From assembly GCA_015654945.1 (NCBI GenBank), contig JAATGB010000166.1, forward strand, positions 1 to 60,678: a stretch of DNA of 60,678 nt, in the 5' to 3' direction. This stretch comes from Lactobacillales bacterium (GTDB taxonomy: Bacteria; Bacillota; Bacilli; Lactobacillales; Vagococcaceae). A program made the position numbers and the translations under genes. This document shows, piece by piece, positions 1 through 16,148 of this stretch (position 1 is the stretch's first letter; the number at the start of each line of letters is the position of its first letter). The notes below the pieces were generated by a model. The model was given only the letters and a program-made list of their open reading frames with translations, was not told the DNA's origin and made no database searches.

Positions 1-7
1 AAAGGGC

Positions 8-196
8 ATGACGAATCTTGCCAATTTATGCCAAGACGATTTTGACAATGAGCTAACTATGGATTATGTTAATTCTCTTTACGGTTATAGAAATATTCAT
101 AAAGAAATTCTTTTTTTACAAGGGAAATCAATTTCTGGTGGGAAAATTTCATTAAAACAATTTTTTGATGGACTAATCATACAGTCTGGTATATGA
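8..196 (+). CDS. C-terminal end of an unidentified protein (frame open to the window edge)
   Basis: ORF track; no stop in this frame back to base 2; no family motif recognised. Confidence 0.2.
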   Translation: MTNLANLCQDDFDNELTMDYVNSLYGYRNIHKEILFLQGKSISGGKISLKQFFDGLIIQSGI

Positions 197-501
197 CAGA
201 AAAACACCGTTAGCCAATTAATCACTCTGTAATTTCTACCAATAGAAGTAAACCTCAAAAAAGAAAGCGCCACCAATTAATATCCATAGTAATGAAGGAA
301 ATCCCTATTTAAAAAAAGTTTACTGATAAAAACGCGGACATGATTTTAGCTTGATGTCTATTCTTTACAGGTGATTTTTTCTTTTTGACCAGTCATTTCT
401 CACCAAAATATAAAAATTCAATGTGAAAATGAAGTTTTACGGTCGGATTCATTGACTAATGTCCAGTTATTTGCTATTTTTGTAATTAAAAAATAGAGTG
501 A

Positions 502-2001
<1,500 letters not shown>

Positions 2002-2012
2002 TATAAAAAATA

Positions 2013-2066
2013 CAAAAAAACAGAAAGCAAGAGCCATTCACAATGGTCATACTTTCTGTTTTTTTA
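2013..2066. terminator. Bidirectional intrinsic terminator between convergent guaB and prs
   Basis: ACAGAAAG (2020-2027) pairs with CTTTCTGT (2052-2059); inner CCATT/AATGG; A-run on the left and T-run on the right. Confidence 0.6.
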
Positions 2067-2071
2067 TAAAT

Positions 2072-3040
2072 TTATCTTTTTTTTTCGAAAAGTGGACTAA
2101 CTGGTTTATTTTCATGAATCCGTTTAATCGCATCTCCGATTAAGCCGCTCACACTTATTTCTTCAATTTTAGCTATTTTACGCTCTTCTGGTAAATTAAT
2201 GGAGTCCGTTACGACTAATTTTTTGATCGCCGAATCTTCAATTCGTTCTAAAGCAGGACCTGACAATACCGGATGCGTACAAGAGGCATACACTTCAACG
2301 GCGCCGGCTTCTTTTAAGGCATTCGCTGCCAAAGTAATCGTACCTGCTGTATCAATCATATCATCAATTAAGATACATTTTTTCCCTTTGACTTCGCCAA
2401 TAATATTCATTACTTCTGCTACATTTGCTTTTGGTCGACGTTTGTCAATAATCGCAATCGGCGCTTTTAAATATTCCGCAAGTTTTCTTGCACGTGTTAC
2501 TCCGCCATGATCAGGAGAAACGACCACAACATCTTCGCCAACATACCCATTATCGATAAAGTAATCTGCGATCAAAGGCGCTGCCATCAAGTGATCCACC
2601 GGAATATCAAAAAATCCCTGAATTTGAACCGCATGTAGATCCAATGTAAGCATCCTTGTTGCACCAGCTGTTTCCAACATGTTTGCAACTAATTTCGCGG
2701 TAATGGGTTCACGCGCACGCGCTTTTCTGTCCTGACGCGCATATCCATAATAAGGCATGACGATATTAATCGTTTTGGCACTGGCCCGTTTTAACGCATC
2801 AATCATAATTAAGAGTTCCATCAGATTATCATTCACAGGCGAACTTGTCGATTGAATCAAGTAAACGTGCGAGCCACGAATACTTTCTTCGATATTAATT
2901 TGAATTTCACCATCACTGAATTGACTTACTGAGGATTTTCCCAACTCAACTCCAACCGTAGCGGCTATTTTCTTTGCTAAAGGTTTGTTTGAGTTCAGTG
3001 AAAAAATTTTTAGTCTGGGATCAAAGTAATGTTTTGGCAT
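2072..3040 (-). CDS. prs: Ribose-phosphate pyrophosphokinase (PRPP synthetase)
   Basis: 322 aa; VVSPDHGG and [16 protein letters not shown]-binding motifs; downstream of glmU as in B. subtilis gcaD-prs. Confidence 0.97.
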   Translation of the reverse strand: MPKHYFDPRLKIFSLNSNKPLAKKIAATVGVELGKSSVSQFSDGEIQINIEESIRGSHVYLIQSTSSPVNDNLMELLIMIDALKRASAKTINIVMPYYGYARQDRKARAREPITAKLVANMLETAGATRMLTLDLHAVQIQGFFDIPVDHLMAAPLIADYFIDNGYVGEDVVVVSPDHGGVTRARKLAEYLKAPIAIIDKRRPKANVAEVMNIIGEVKGKKCILIDDMIDTAGTITLAANALKEAGAVEVYASCTHPVLSGPALERIEDSAIKKLVVTDSINLPEERKIAKIEEISVSGLIGDAIKRIHENKPVSPLFEKKR

Positions 3041-3122
3041 GAGGACCTCCGCTTTCTATTTTCCTGTAGGTTTTAGCTTCCCTATAAATAGTAGTCATTT
3101 TTAGCGAATAAATCAAGTTTTT

Positions 3123-4514
3123 CTAGTGATTTTCTTGCGAATAGGGCAGTTTTTTTGCATATTCTGTCTTATTTTCTTGTCGCGCACGTGCAATTGCCAA
3201 CGATTCATCTGGAACATCTTTCGTAATCGTAGAGCCAGCAGCAATGAAACTATTTGCCCCAATCGCCAACGGTGCAACCAAATTTGCATTACACCCAATA
3301 AAAACGTTATCTCCGACGGTTGTATGATGTTTCTGCTTGCCATCGTAATTTACGAAGACAGCGCCACAGCCGACATTGATATTTTTGCCCAATGTTGCAT
3401 CGCCGACATATGTGAGATGACCGACTTTTGTGCCTTCATCTAGCGTTGCATTTTTTATTTCCACAAAATTCCCAACGTGGACATTTCTGCCTAGCTTCGC
3501 ACCAGGTCTTAAGCGGCCAAAGGGACCGATATCACTCCCTTGTGCGACAACTGCTTGTTCAATATGGGAGGAAGTAACCGTCACATTATCTTCTATAATA
3601 CTCTCTTTAATTTCTGAATGCGCACCAATGAAACAATTTTTACCAATTTTCGTGGTTCCTTTTAAAATGACACCCGCTTCAATCACCGTGTCTGAACCAA
3701 TTTCGACATCCGCATCAATGTAGGTAGTCAACGGATCAATAAAAGTCACACCCTTTAGCATGTGTGCATTGTTAATTCTTTGGCGCATTAGGCGATTTGC
3801 TTCTGCTAATGCAAGTCGATCATTCACCCCTAAAGATTCTTCAAAGTGAGGCATCTGATAGGCTGTTACACTTTCTCCCGCTTCTTTTAAAATTCCAATC
3901 ACGTCAGTTAAATAGTATTCGCCTTGAACATTTTCTTTACCAACTTTTGCCAGCGCTTGGAAAAGTGCCACATTGTCAAAACAATAGGTTCCGGTATTAA
4001 TTTCGGTGACTTGCTGCTCTGCTTCGGTTGCATCTTTTTGTTCGACAATTTTTTCGACTTGCGCTGCATCATTTCGAATGACCCGTCCATAACCGGTTGG
4101 GTCTTTGGCATACGCTGACAAAATCGTCGCTTTGGCCTGTGCTTTTTGGTGCATCTCAAACAATTTTTCCAGGGTTTCTGTCGTAAGCAACGGAGTATCT
4201 CCACAAATAACCAGCGTGGTTCCTTCTTTTCCCTCTAATTTATCCTTAGCCATTAAAACCGCATGCCCAGTTCCTAGTTGCTCCGTTTGTAAAACGTATT
4301 CGCTTGCTGTGCCCAACTGCTCTTGAACCTTTGCTGCTCCATGTCCGACTACCGTTACAATCTGATCAGGATGGATACCTTCGACTTGTTCAATCACATG
4401 ATGAACCATTGGTTTTCCTGCTACTTGATGTAATACTTTATATAAAGCTGATTTCATTCGAGATCCTTGTCCAGCTGCTAAAACGATAGCATAGCGATTA
4501 TTCACACTCTTCAC
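3123..4514 (-). CDS. glmU: Bifunctional UDP-GlcNAc pyrophosphorylase / GlcN-1-P N-acetyltransferase
   Basis: 463 aa; N-terminal LAAGQGSRM nucleotidyltransferase motif; C-terminal hexapeptide-repeat beta-helix. Confidence 0.97.
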   Translation of the reverse strand: MKSVNNRYAIVLAAGQGSRMKSALYKVLHQVAGKPMVHHVIEQVEGIHPDQIVTVVGHGAAKVQEQLGTASEYVLQTEQLGTGHAVLMAKDKLEGKEGTTLVICGDTPLLTTETLEKLFEMHQKAQAKATILSAYAKDPTGYGRVIRNDAAQVEKIVEQKDATEAEQQVTEINTGTYCFDNVALFQALAKVGKENVQGEYYLTDVIGILKEAGESVTAYQMPHFEESLGVNDRLALAEANRLMRQRINNAHMLKGVTFIDPLTTYIDADVEIGSDTVIEAGVILKGTTKIGKNCFIGAHSEIKESIIEDNVTVTSSHIEQAVVAQGSDIGPFGRLRPGAKLGRNVHVGNFVEIKNATLDEGTKVGHLTYVGDATLGKNINVGCGAVFVNYDGKQKHHTTVGDNVFIGCNANLVAPLAIGANSFIAAGSTITKDVPDESLAIARARQENKTEYAKKLPYSQENH

Positions 4515-4723
4515 TCCTCCAAAAATTAAAAAACTATATCAATAGTTTATCTTACCTGCGACAGTTTTTCAATTGTTTCAAGCAGAAGCTTCTAGCGGCT
4601 CCCCACCGATCCAGTTATTTTAAAATCATTTATGTTTTCTTACATGAATGGTTCGATCAGTAAGTAAAAAGGCGTTATGTGATAGAATAAAAAGAGAATA
4701 CGATTTTGAATGGAGGAAACATT

Positions 4724-6208
4724 TTGGATAAAAAATTAACCATGTTTGGCTTTTTTGCGCTAACGGCCTCCATGTTAATGTCCGCAGATGAATACCCGGC
4801 TTTTGGTGAATCTGGCCTACTTGCCGTACTTTACTTGGGCTTGGCTGGTATTTTGTGGTTCTTACCTGTTGCGTTATGTTCTGCTGAGCTAGCCACAACA
4901 AAGGGTTGGGAAAGTGGTGGTGTGTACACGTGGGTCAAAGAAAGCCTTAATCAAAGAATGGGCTTCATCGCTGTTTTTTTTCAATGGCTTCAAATTACCG
5001 TAAATTTTGTGACGATGATCTACTTTATTATCGGAGCACTTTCTTATTCCACTAATTTAAAAATTTTAAATGACAATTCTTGGGTCAAATTTTGCCTTTT
5101 CTTAGTAATTTATTGGGGCATGACTTTCCTCCAATTAGGTGGAATTAAAAGGACAGATACCTTCGTCAAATATAGCTTTATTTTAGGCATTATTTTCCCG
5201 TCAGCAGTCTTGCTTATCCTTAGCCTGACTTATCTTTTTGGTGGCGGGCATCCGATGTTTGATACAAACTTAACTCGTAATCTAACTTCTTTAAAGACCT
5301 CTTTTTCACTTACTACATTGGTTCCTTACGTGCTTGCTTTTACGGGAATTGAAGCGTCTGCTTCCTACATTAACGAATTGGAAAATCCAAAGAAAAAATA
5401 TCCACTTGTTTTAGTCATTTTAGTGATTTTTGCAATCATTTTGGATTCTTTAGGTGGATTATCTGTAGCGACGGTCATCCCGGTGGCGGATATTTCCATG
5501 AATCAAGGCGTCATTCAGGCTTTAAGCCTGACTTTTACCAAGACATTGCCCGCCTTTGCATTTTGTGCAAAAATTATTGGTCTCTTTATGGCGATCGGAA
5601 TGCTAGGCGAAATCAGCTCCTGGATTGTGGGACCAGTCACTTCTTTGTTAAAAGCTGCTGAGGACGAAATTTTACCTGAAACCTTGTGTACGTTAAATAA
5701 AAATAGTGTCCCACAACGCTTGATTCTTTTGCAGGGAGCCGTTGTATCCGTCATTGCGTTCGTTCTCACAGTGGGAATTGGTGGCAATAATACAGCCTAT
5801 AAAATGGCGATGTCCTTTACTGTTATGCTCTACATGGTGACCTATATTTTGATTTTCATCTCCTATTTAAAAGGGGCACAAAAAAACAATCGAACCTTTA
5901 CAATTCCCGGTGGCAGAATTGTTCAGAAAGTCATTGCTTTTGTTGGTCTGCTCACTTCTATTGTCATTTTTCTCTCAACATTTTATCCGAGCAACCAGCT
6001 CCATTCCTTTTCTACTTTCCATTATATGTTGATTATGGTCCTCTTTTTTGGCCTGATTTTACTACTCACCTTTAGCATTTATGCCATTGGTATCCGCGAA
6101 GCGAAAAAACACAAAAAGATTATCCTTCGGCACCATACCGCCAATGAGGTGCCTAAATTTTCACTCTTAAAAGGGCGCAGCGAACACAAAATCGAAGAGA
6201 TCAAATGA
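4724..6208 (+). CDS. APC-superfamily amino acid permease (glutamate/GABA antiporter-like)
   Basis: About 12 predicted TM segments with permease-type N-terminus KKLTMFGFFALTASM. Start placed at TTG 4724, 7 nt after GGAGG (4712-4716); the ORF track starts at 4706. Confidence 0.8.
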   Translation: MDKKLTMFGFFALTASMLMSADEYPAFGESGLLAVLYLGLAGILWFLPVALCSAELATTKGWESGGVYTWVKESLNQRMGFIAVFFQWLQITVNFVTMIYFIIGALSYSTNLKILNDNSWVKFCLFLVIYWGMTFLQLGGIKRTDTFVKYSFILGIIFPSAVLLILSLTYLFGGGHPMFDTNLTRNLTSLKTSFSLTTLVPYVLAFTGIEASASYINELENPKKKYPLVLVILVIFAIILDSLGGLSVATVIPVADISMNQGVIQALSLTFTKTLPAFAFCAKIIGLFMAIGMLGEISSWIVGPVTSLLKAAEDEILPETLCTLNKNSVPQRLILLQGAVVSVIAFVLTVGIGGNNTAYKMAMSFTVMLYMVTYILIFISYLKGAQKNNRTFTIPGGRIVQKVIAFVGLLTSIVIFLSTFYPSNQLHSFSTFHYMLIMVLFFGLILLLTFSIYAIGIREAKKHKKIILRHHTANEVPKFSLLKGRSEHKIEEIK

Positions 6209-6260
6209 GGAAGCCTTGATTTTTAAATTATACAGAAACTATGAGCGAAATATGGTATAA

Positions 6261-8336
<2,076 letters not shown>

Positions 8337-8340
8337 TAAA

Positions 8341-8387
8341 AAACGGCTGAACGATAGAAGTGCAACACCTTCTTTCTCAGCCGTTTT
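8341..8387 (+). terminator. Hairpin after metG (possible terminator or attenuator before tatD)
   Basis: AAACGGCTGA (8341-8350) pairs with TCAGCCGTTT (8377-8386); short T-run only. Confidence 0.5.
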
Positions 8388-8419
8388 CCCCTATAAACTC
8401 TAGAAAAGAGGCAAATCAA

Positions 8420-9190
8420 ATGATTTTTGATACACATACCCATCTAAATGCTGCCGAATTTTCAGCAGACATTCCTGAAACTATTGCCCGTGCAAAGGGA
8501 TTAGGCGTTACTGAAATGGCTGTTGTTGGTTTTGACACTCCCACCATTGAAAAATCTTTAGCATTAAGTCAAGAATTTCCTTTTATTTATAGCATTATTG
8601 GCTGGCATCCTACAGAAGCAGGTTCTTACACAGCTACGATTGAGAAAAAATTGATTCAACAATTAACCAGTGAAAAAGTGGTCGCGTTCGGTGAAATTGG
8701 CCTTGATTATCATTGGATGGAAGATCCGAAAGAGGTCCAGGAAAAAGTTTTTCGCCGCCAAATTTCGCTTGCAAAAGAACGGAAATTGCCTATTAGTGTT
8801 CATACAAGAGAGGCTTTGGAAGATACATATCGTATTTTAAAAGAGGAAAAGATTGCCGAAATTGGTGGTATTATGCATAGTTTTAGCGGTGATCCTGAAT
8901 GGATGAAGAAATTTTTGGATCTAGGCATGCACATTTCGCTAAGCGGAGTCGTTACCTTTAAAAAAGCCATTGAAGTTCAAGAAGTCGCAAAAGCAGTCCC
9001 GCTTGACCGGTTATTGCTCGAAACAGATGCTCCTTACTTAACGCCTGTCCCTTATCGCGGCAAACGAAACGAACCCGGTTATACACGGTATGTCGCTGAA
9101 ACCGTTGCACAGCTAAGAGGAGAAACGCTCGAAGAAATTGCGCGTGCTACAACCCGCAATGCCCATAAGCTATTTAAAATTAAGGAGTAA
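8420..9190 (+). CDS. tatD: TatD-family metal-dependent DNase/hydrolase
   Basis: Starts [10 protein letters not shown] (HxH metal site); conserved metG-tatD-rnmV-rsmA order. Confidence 0.93.
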   Translation: MIFDTHTHLNAAEFSADIPETIARAKGLGVTEMAVVGFDTPTIEKSLALSQEFPFIYSIIGWHPTEAGSYTATIEKKLIQQLTSEKVVAFGEIGLDYHWMEDPKEVQEKVFRRQISLAKERKLPISVHTREALEDTYRILKEEKIAEIGGIMHSFSGDPEWMKKFLDLGMHISLSGVVTFKKAIEVQEVAKAVPLDRLLLETDAPYLTPVPYRGKRNEPGYTRYVAETVAQLRGETLEEIARATTRNAHKLFKIKE

Positions 9191-9194
9191 CCTT

Positions 9195-10647
<1,453 letters not shown>

Positions 10648-10683
10648 AAGCGTAGTGTATTCAATCTGAAGGGAGCAAACACA

Positions 10684-11274
10684 ATGAAAAGTTTTAATGT
10701 TTTATTATTTGATGATTTTGAAACGTTGGACGCCATGGGACCTGTCGAAATAATCGGTCATCTTTCTGATTTTCAATTAAATTATTATTCACTGACTGGT
10801 ACAAAAATAACCAGTAAGCAAGCATTTACAATCGAGACAAAACCACTGAATTCATTGAAAGCTTCTGACGTCTTCCTCATTCCTGGCGGGATGGGAACGC
10901 GCAAAGAAAGTAAAAATCCGGAACTAATCAGCGAGATTACACGGATTTCAGCTCTTTCGACGTTTGTTCTCTCAGTGTGTACGGGAGCCGCGCTTCTTGG
11001 GCAAACTGGCTTGCTCGACAGCTTGTCAGCAACCACGAATAAAAAAGCGTTTGACTGGGTTGTCTCAACCAATCCACACGTTAACTGGCAAAAAAATGCT
11101 CGCTGGTGTGTAGCTGAGAAATTTTACACCTCTTCTGGTGTATCCGCGGGAATGGATATGACATTGGGCTTCGTATCTGACCAATTTGGTCTAGAAAAAG
11201 CGTTTGAAATCGCACAAGGAATCGAATACATTTGGAATCAAGCTCCCCAAAATGATCCCTTTTCAGTTCGCTAA
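10684..11274 (+). CDS. DJ-1/PfpI family protein (class I glutamine amidotransferase-like fold)
   Basis: 196 aa; nucleophile elbow SVCTGAALL; IPGG motif. Confidence 0.8.
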   Translation: MKSFNVLLFDDFETLDAMGPVEIIGHLSDFQLNYYSLTGTKITSKQAFTIETKPLNSLKASDVFLIPGGMGTRKESKNPELISEITRISALSTFVLSVCTGAALLGQTGLLDSLSATTNKKAFDWVVSTNPHVNWQKNARWCVAEKFYTSSGVSAGMDMTLGFVSDQFGLEKAFEIAQGIEYIWNQAPQNDPFSVR

Positions 11275-11307
11275 TTTTGCGATTTTGCAACCTAAAAATC
11301 ATCTTTT

Positions 11308-11336
11308 TTGACTGATAATGAATGATCCTGTACAAT
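11308..11336 (+). promoter_or_regulatory. Sigma-A type promoter for the 11377 gene
   Basis: TTGACT (11308-11313), 17-nt spacer, TACAAT (11331-11336). Confidence 0.5.
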
Positions 11337-11376
11337 CAATAACAACTTATTGTCTTACTAAATTGGAGGAGAAAAA

Positions 11377-11967
11377 ATGACTACTTTTTCTGTTAGAAAG
11401 CTCACATTCTCAGCGATTCTGATTGCAATCGGGATTTTAATCCCCCTTATCATGCCCATAAAAATCATCATTGGGCCGGCTTCCTTTACCTTAGCAAGTC
11501 ACGTACCCATCTTTTTAGCTATGTTTCTTTCCCCTGGCGTCGCAGTTTTAGTCGCGCTTGGTACCGCTTTAGGTTTTTTCTTATCTTTTCCTGCAATTAT
11601 TGCTTTTCGTGCCCTATCTCATGTGTTATTTGTCGCAATTGGTGCCTTGATCTTGCAAAAAAAACCACAAATCGTTGGTTCCTTTCGGCGTTTTCAAGTT
11701 TTTAATATCGGCATTGGTTTGATTCATGCGTTAGCAGAATTAGCTGTCGTTTCGATTTTCTTTTTCCAAGGAAACATGGCAGAGACGACATACACCCAAG
11801 GCTATTTTTACACTGTCTTCCTCTTGGTTGGTGTCGGAGGGTGGATTCACAGCATTATCGATGGAAGTATCGCCTATTATATTGGTGAAAGACTCAGCCA
11901 TCTCTTTGAATTTCCGGTTTTTGTCGCAGCGAAAAAATATGTACCCAATCGACCAAAAGCACACTAG
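11377..11967 (+). CDS. Integral membrane protein, possibly a solitary ECF-type vitamin transporter S component
   Basis: 196 aa with about 6 TM helices, small and glycine-rich like S components; family not confidently recognised. Confidence 0.45.
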   Translation: MTTFSVRKLTFSAILIAIGILIPLIMPIKIIIGPASFTLASHVPIFLAMFLSPGVAVLVALGTALGFFLSFPAIIAFRALSHVLFVAIGALILQKKPQIVGSFRRFQVFNIGIGLIHALAELAVVSIFFFQGNMAETTYTQGYFYTVFLLVGVGGWIHSIIDGSIAYYIGERLSHLFEFPVFVAAKKYVPNRPKAH

Positions 11968-11980
11968 AAATTTTTAAAAC

Positions 11981-12031
11981 GATCTGTAAAAGCTAGCATT
12001 TTCAGCTAGCTTTTACAGATCGCTATTTTTT
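11981..12031. terminator. Bidirectional intrinsic terminator
   Basis: Perfect 17-bp stem, GATCTGTAAAAGCTAGC (11981-11997) with GCTAGCTTTTACAGATC (12005-12021), followed by a T-run. Confidence 0.85.
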
Positions 12032-15000
12032 TATCTTTTGATCATTTGTCTTTTTTTTCGTCTGCGTCGAGAATGTCGCTTTTTTTTAGAAATGATTACA
12101 AAAATTCCGCAAACACTCAATAAAGTCACTCCGGCTATGAGCAATAATAATAGCCTATTCCCGCCTGAATCAGGTAATTTAAAAAGCTTGTTATTATTTA
12201 CGGTATAGGTCAATTGATAGTAATAGGTCTTACCATCGATTTCGATTCCTTTATCCTCTGTTGTCGCCATGCCATTCCCATCGTCTTCGTAAGGTAAGGT
12301 AATCTGGATGGCTTTTGCTAGCAAACTGTGCCCTGCTACCGTTTTAATTTCAGTTAATAAATACGTACCTTCGGGCAGATGGTCAAATAGATAGATGGCC
12401 TTGCCAGTTTTGGCGTCGATCGCAGTGGTTCCTTCCCACGTTTTCCCATCGACCTTTTCTTGCCAATTTCCGGCTCGATCGACTGTTGCTTCTGCTAGTT
12501 TAAAGACGGCACCGGCTAATGGATTTCCGTCGCTTTCCTTTACAACTGTGACAGCTCCCTCTAACTGAACCTGAACCACGGGGTGGTAATATTTTTGTTT
12601 ATGTCTATCTGTTTCAGGTCCCCAGTTTACCCACGCTTCTTTGTTCGCATGAAAACCTGCTTTCCCAGAACTCGTATTATTTGCCCCATAATCTGAATCG
12701 CGATCGCCGATAACTCCTGCATAGCCGTCATTTCCGTTTACTTTATTCGCCAAAAAATTATCTTGCGCACTCGCTGCTAAATTAATGTTAAAAGAAACTG
12801 TATATTTGACTTCTCTAGGCATTACTTCTTGAAATGCTACCGCAAGCTCTCTTTTCGTTGCATCATACTTGATCGTATAACGGCTTGAGTCGATCACACC
12901 TGCAGTATTGCTCCCTTTTCGTGTTTCCGTTACTTTCAGCTCTGCATTTAATTCATTGTATGTAACTTCTTCACTGATTGCATCCGTGATCACAACTCGA
13001 TCCACAGCCGTACCTGCTATTCCATTGACATTGCTTGTTAGCAATTCTGATGTGGGAGAAACCGATGCACGTTTTGAATAACCTGCTATTTTTTCGATAA
13101 TCTTTACATAGGGCGGAGCAGTATTTTTTGCAACTTGTGAGCCATATAGAAAAACGTCTTTATTTGTATTTCGAAACGCATCTGCAGCGCCTAAAGTTCC
13201 ACGTACAATTTGATCAGAAGTAATTGTTTCTGAAGCTCTTACGACAGTTCCTGACCCTTCTAACGTATCGAGACGAGTTGAGCCGGTTGCAGTGAAATAC
13301 ATATTGGCTTCTCCATCTGAAAGAAGTAACACCATTTTTTCGTTTTTTTGATTTCCTTTTGGTAATAATTCCTGCGCTTGCCAAAGACCACTCTCAATAT
13401 TCGTATCATCATTTGTAAAACAGCTGTCATTCAATTTGTTGGCTAGCTGTTTTGAATCTTTGCTCCAATTTAAAAGAACGGTGCTTTTGGCGCCAAATTC
13501 GACCACGCTAATTTGGTTGTCTGCATGCAATCCTAAAAAATTCGCAAAAAAATTACTCCCTGATCGCTTGCCCGTTCCATTTATTTCCCCGCCAAGCAAA
13601 CGATTAATGGCACTAATTCTAGAGATTTCTGCCTCTAATTTCCCCGCCATGCTTGACGATTTATCAATGACGACTACTAAATCCATGCCGCTTTCTTTAT
13701 AATCCGTCTGATCTACAGCATCTAAATACAAACGGTAATCTTTCTTACCTGCTAATTTTGTATCTGGATTTGGTTGACCATCCCCTAAGTAGTCAATTTG
13801 CTTCTGCCCTTTTACTATTGGCACCACAGGCTCAATCACAGATTGATCTACTGCGACTTGAATGACTGGATGGTTGTAGATATATTCATAGGATTCAGTT
13901 TCTCCAGTTTCGTTTTCTCGTTCCCAAGAAACAGTTGCTTGTTCATTTGACCGAAGACCGATTTTTCCTGAGCTTGTAGTGTTTCCTGGATAATCCGTGT
14001 TCTTATCACCCACTTGACCTAGTTTTCCATAGCGATCTGCGCCATTCTTAGTGGCATCAATGGCTTCTTTTGCTTGCTGGTTTACTTTAACATTAAAAGA
14101 AACTGTATATGTCGCGTCAATTTCCAAACCACCTTTGATCATAACCGAAAATTTCTTTGGCTCTTTGGTCGTGGGTTCCGTCAACACATACTCACTGGAG
14201 GAAAGGCTTCTTATGGTCCCATCCTTCGATTTTTTTTCAACTTTTAGATCGGCTGCTTCGCCACCGTAGTCCACATATTCACTCAGCTCATCTGCAATCG
14301 TTACATTTTGCATGATACCAATTAATTTTTCAAAAACACCTAAAAGGTCAGAAGCATTTGAAGCTGCGTACGACAAAGATTTAGCAGATGCAACATCCGC
14401 TAAAAACTGCTTTCCTGTTGTCGCTGAATCAGAATTTTCATCCATAAAAATTGTTGCTAACATTACATTTGGATAAAAATCTTTGAATTTTTCAGCTGCT
14501 TTTTTTGTGCCATATTGAATAAGTTCCGTCGAGTTTCGGCCATCGCCAGCAATATTCACCAACACATCATCGCCTACAATTCGCGCAGTTGATTTTTCAA
14601 ATCCATCATATTCGGCTCTGTTTGTTGGATCGGCTGCTATGATCGATTTTTCACTTTTAATATTCACAACAGTCGGTAAACCATCGCTTAGTAATATCAC
14701 CATTTGTTGGCGTTTGTCAGCGTCATCATTTGCTAGTTGTTCATGCGCCAGCCACAGCCCATCTTCTATATTGGTAGAACCCAAGCGATAATTATAGCCG
14801 CTGTAATCATCTAATAGAATCGTTGCGAGTTCACTGCGTTCGATCTTGCCATTTTTATTTGTGTCGAGATCGCTTTTAGTAAGCCAATCCGATAGATTAT
14901 TTCTTTGATATTCAAAAGCTTTAAAGCTAATTCGATTCTCCGGCTGCGCTTCAAATATGCTATTAATCAGACCGAGCTGACTATTAGAAACACCTTTTAA

Positions 15001-15327
15001 AATATTATTCAACACATCATACCGTGTAAGTCCTGAAGCAAAATTATAACGAACCATACTGTTTGAATGATCTAACACAAACACAATATCTGTGGGCTTG
15101 CCGACCGATGTTCCAACAACATCTAAATAAACACGATAATCGTCTTCCCCTTTTAGCTCCGTATCTGGATTTTTTGTTCCATCACCGAGAAAATCAATTT
15201 GCTTTTTGGCATTCAGAAATTCATTTGCTGATGTCTTATCCGCGCTTACTCGCGTTGTTTGTCCCACACAAAATCCGACAAAAAGACTAATTATCAGCAA
15301 AAGTAGGGACCTGCTAATATTTTTCAT
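12031..15327 (-). CDS. LPXTG-type (LPDSG) surface adhesin with two tandem vWA domains, two split Ig-like domains and a C-terminal CnaB/SpaA-like domain; putative pilus tip protein
   Basis: 1098 aa. Signal peptide. Two MIDAS sets (DHSNS..GSTNIEDG..LLSDG and DKSSS..DDTNIESG..LLSDG). E-box-like YLLTEIKTVAGH. LPDSGG, TM segment and a polybasic tail. Confidence 0.9.
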   Translation of the reverse strand: MKNISRSLLLLIISLFVGFCVGQTTRVSADKTSANEFLNAKKQIDFLGDGTKNPDTELKGEDDYRVYLDVVGTSVGKPTDIVFVLDHSNSMVRYNFASGLTRYDVLNNILKGVSNSQLGLINSIFEAQPENRISFKAFEYQRNNLSDWLTKSDLDTNKNGKIERSELATILLDDYSGYNYRLGSTNIEDGLWLAHEQLANDDADKRQQMVILLSDGLPTVVNIKSEKSIIAADPTNRAEYDGFEKSTARIVGDDVLVNIAGDGRNSTELIQYGTKKAAEKFKDFYPNVMLATIFMDENSDSATTGKQFLADVASAKSLSYAASNASDLLGVFEKLIGIMQNVTIADELSEYVDYGGEAADLKVEKKSKDGTIRSLSSSEYVLTEPTTKEPKKFSVMIKGGLEIDATYTVSFNVKVNQQAKEAIDATKNGADRYGKLGQVGDKNTDYPGNTTSSGKIGLRSNEQATVSWERENETGETESYEYIYNHPVIQVAVDQSVIEPVVPIVKGQKQIDYLGDGQPNPDTKLAGKKDYRLYLDAVDQTDYKESGMDLVVVIDKSSSMAGKLEAEISRISAINRLLGGEINGTGKRSGSNFFANFLGLHADNQISVVEFGAKSTVLLNWSKDSKQLANKLNDSCFTNDDTNIESGLWQAQELLPKGNQKNEKMVLLLSDGEANMYFTATGSTRLDTLEGSGTVVRASETITSDQIVRGTLGAADAFRNTNKDVFLYGSQVAKNTAPPYVKIIEKIAGYSKRASVSPTSELLTSNVNGIAGTAVDRVVITDAISEEVTYNELNAELKVTETRKGSNTAGVIDSSRYTIKYDATKRELAVAFQEVMPREVKYTVSFNINLAASAQDNFLANKVNGNDGYAGVIGDRDSDYGANNTSSGKAGFHANKEAWVNWGPETDRHKQKYYHPVVQVQLEGAVTVVKESDGNPLAGAVFKLAEATVDRAGNWQEKVDGKTWEGTTAIDAKTGKAIYLFDHLPEGTYLLTEIKTVAGHSLLAKAIQITLPYEDDGNGMATTEDKGIEIDGKTYYYQLTYTVNNNKLFKLPDSGGNRLLLLLIAGVTLLSVCGIFVIISKKKRHSRRRRKKRQMIKR

Positions 15328-15339
15328 ATTTTCCCTCCT

Positions 15340-16044
15340 CTACTTAAAATGAACTTGTAAAACAGGTTGTGGCAGCTCTATTTTAGCAGTTTTATCCTTT
15401 ATCCGGTAGCGCACAAGCGCGCTTTCGCTGATTGGAAATCCAGCTTGATTCATGCTGTTTCCTTGCGCAGTTCTATCTGTTCCAGCATCGCCAATTCTGT
15501 CATTATAGGCGGGCAAATTTTTAAGTACATTCTTCATATATGTCCGATATCCAGATTCACTCGCCTGAATATCAAAGGAAATTTCATACGAAGCGGTACT
15601 TTCTAATGGTTCTGAAAAAGCTAATTTTACGGTTTTATTCTCACTATTATAAGAAAATGCGTAGCGACTCTCCGCAACGGATTTTTTTCCAGTATTCGTT
15701 TCTTCATACACAGTTAGATTGGCTTTTTTCTTCGTAAAATCTACATACTTACTGAAAGTATCAATCAATACAACATTTTTTATTTTGACTGATTTTGCTT
15801 TTTTTTATTCAGGTAGACAAGAAATCTGGTAATATAAGCGGTATGCATCCACCATTTCTTTTTTTTCTTGTTGATTGTAAAGCGGTTCAATCGTTTTATT
15901 GACGCTCAACTTCTCTTGTTCCAATGAGGATTTTTCTATTTCTACTGCGTGTCCCTCCTCTTGTTTTAAAAAAAGGATGCCACAAGCTAGCAGCACAAGC
16001 ATGCTCCAAAAAAGAACCCCAATATCAAGTTTTTTTTCCTTCAT
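15340..16044 (-). pseudogene. Small secreted paralogue of the adhesin split-Ig module, interrupted by an in-frame TAA (15802-15804)
   Basis: ORFs 15805-16044 (signal peptide) and 15340-15768 are in the same frame. The alignment to residues around ..DYRLYLNV..ENVVIKDTLSKYV.. of the 675-aa paralogue runs collinearly across the stop. Confidence 0.75.
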
Positions 16045-16148
16045 GTTCGATCCACCTTTCCTAAAAATGTATCAATAAAGATTTTGAGAGCAATTCTTCA
16101 TTTAGACATATCGAAATAAGAGTCAATCGTTCACTCTTTTCAAAACAT

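Noticed and set aside
15799-15806. A8 homopolymer at the in-frame stop of the small paralogue as a slipped-strand phase switch
   Set aside because: The TAA is formed by the T plus the first two As. Changing the run length shifts the downstream frame but cannot remove the stop.
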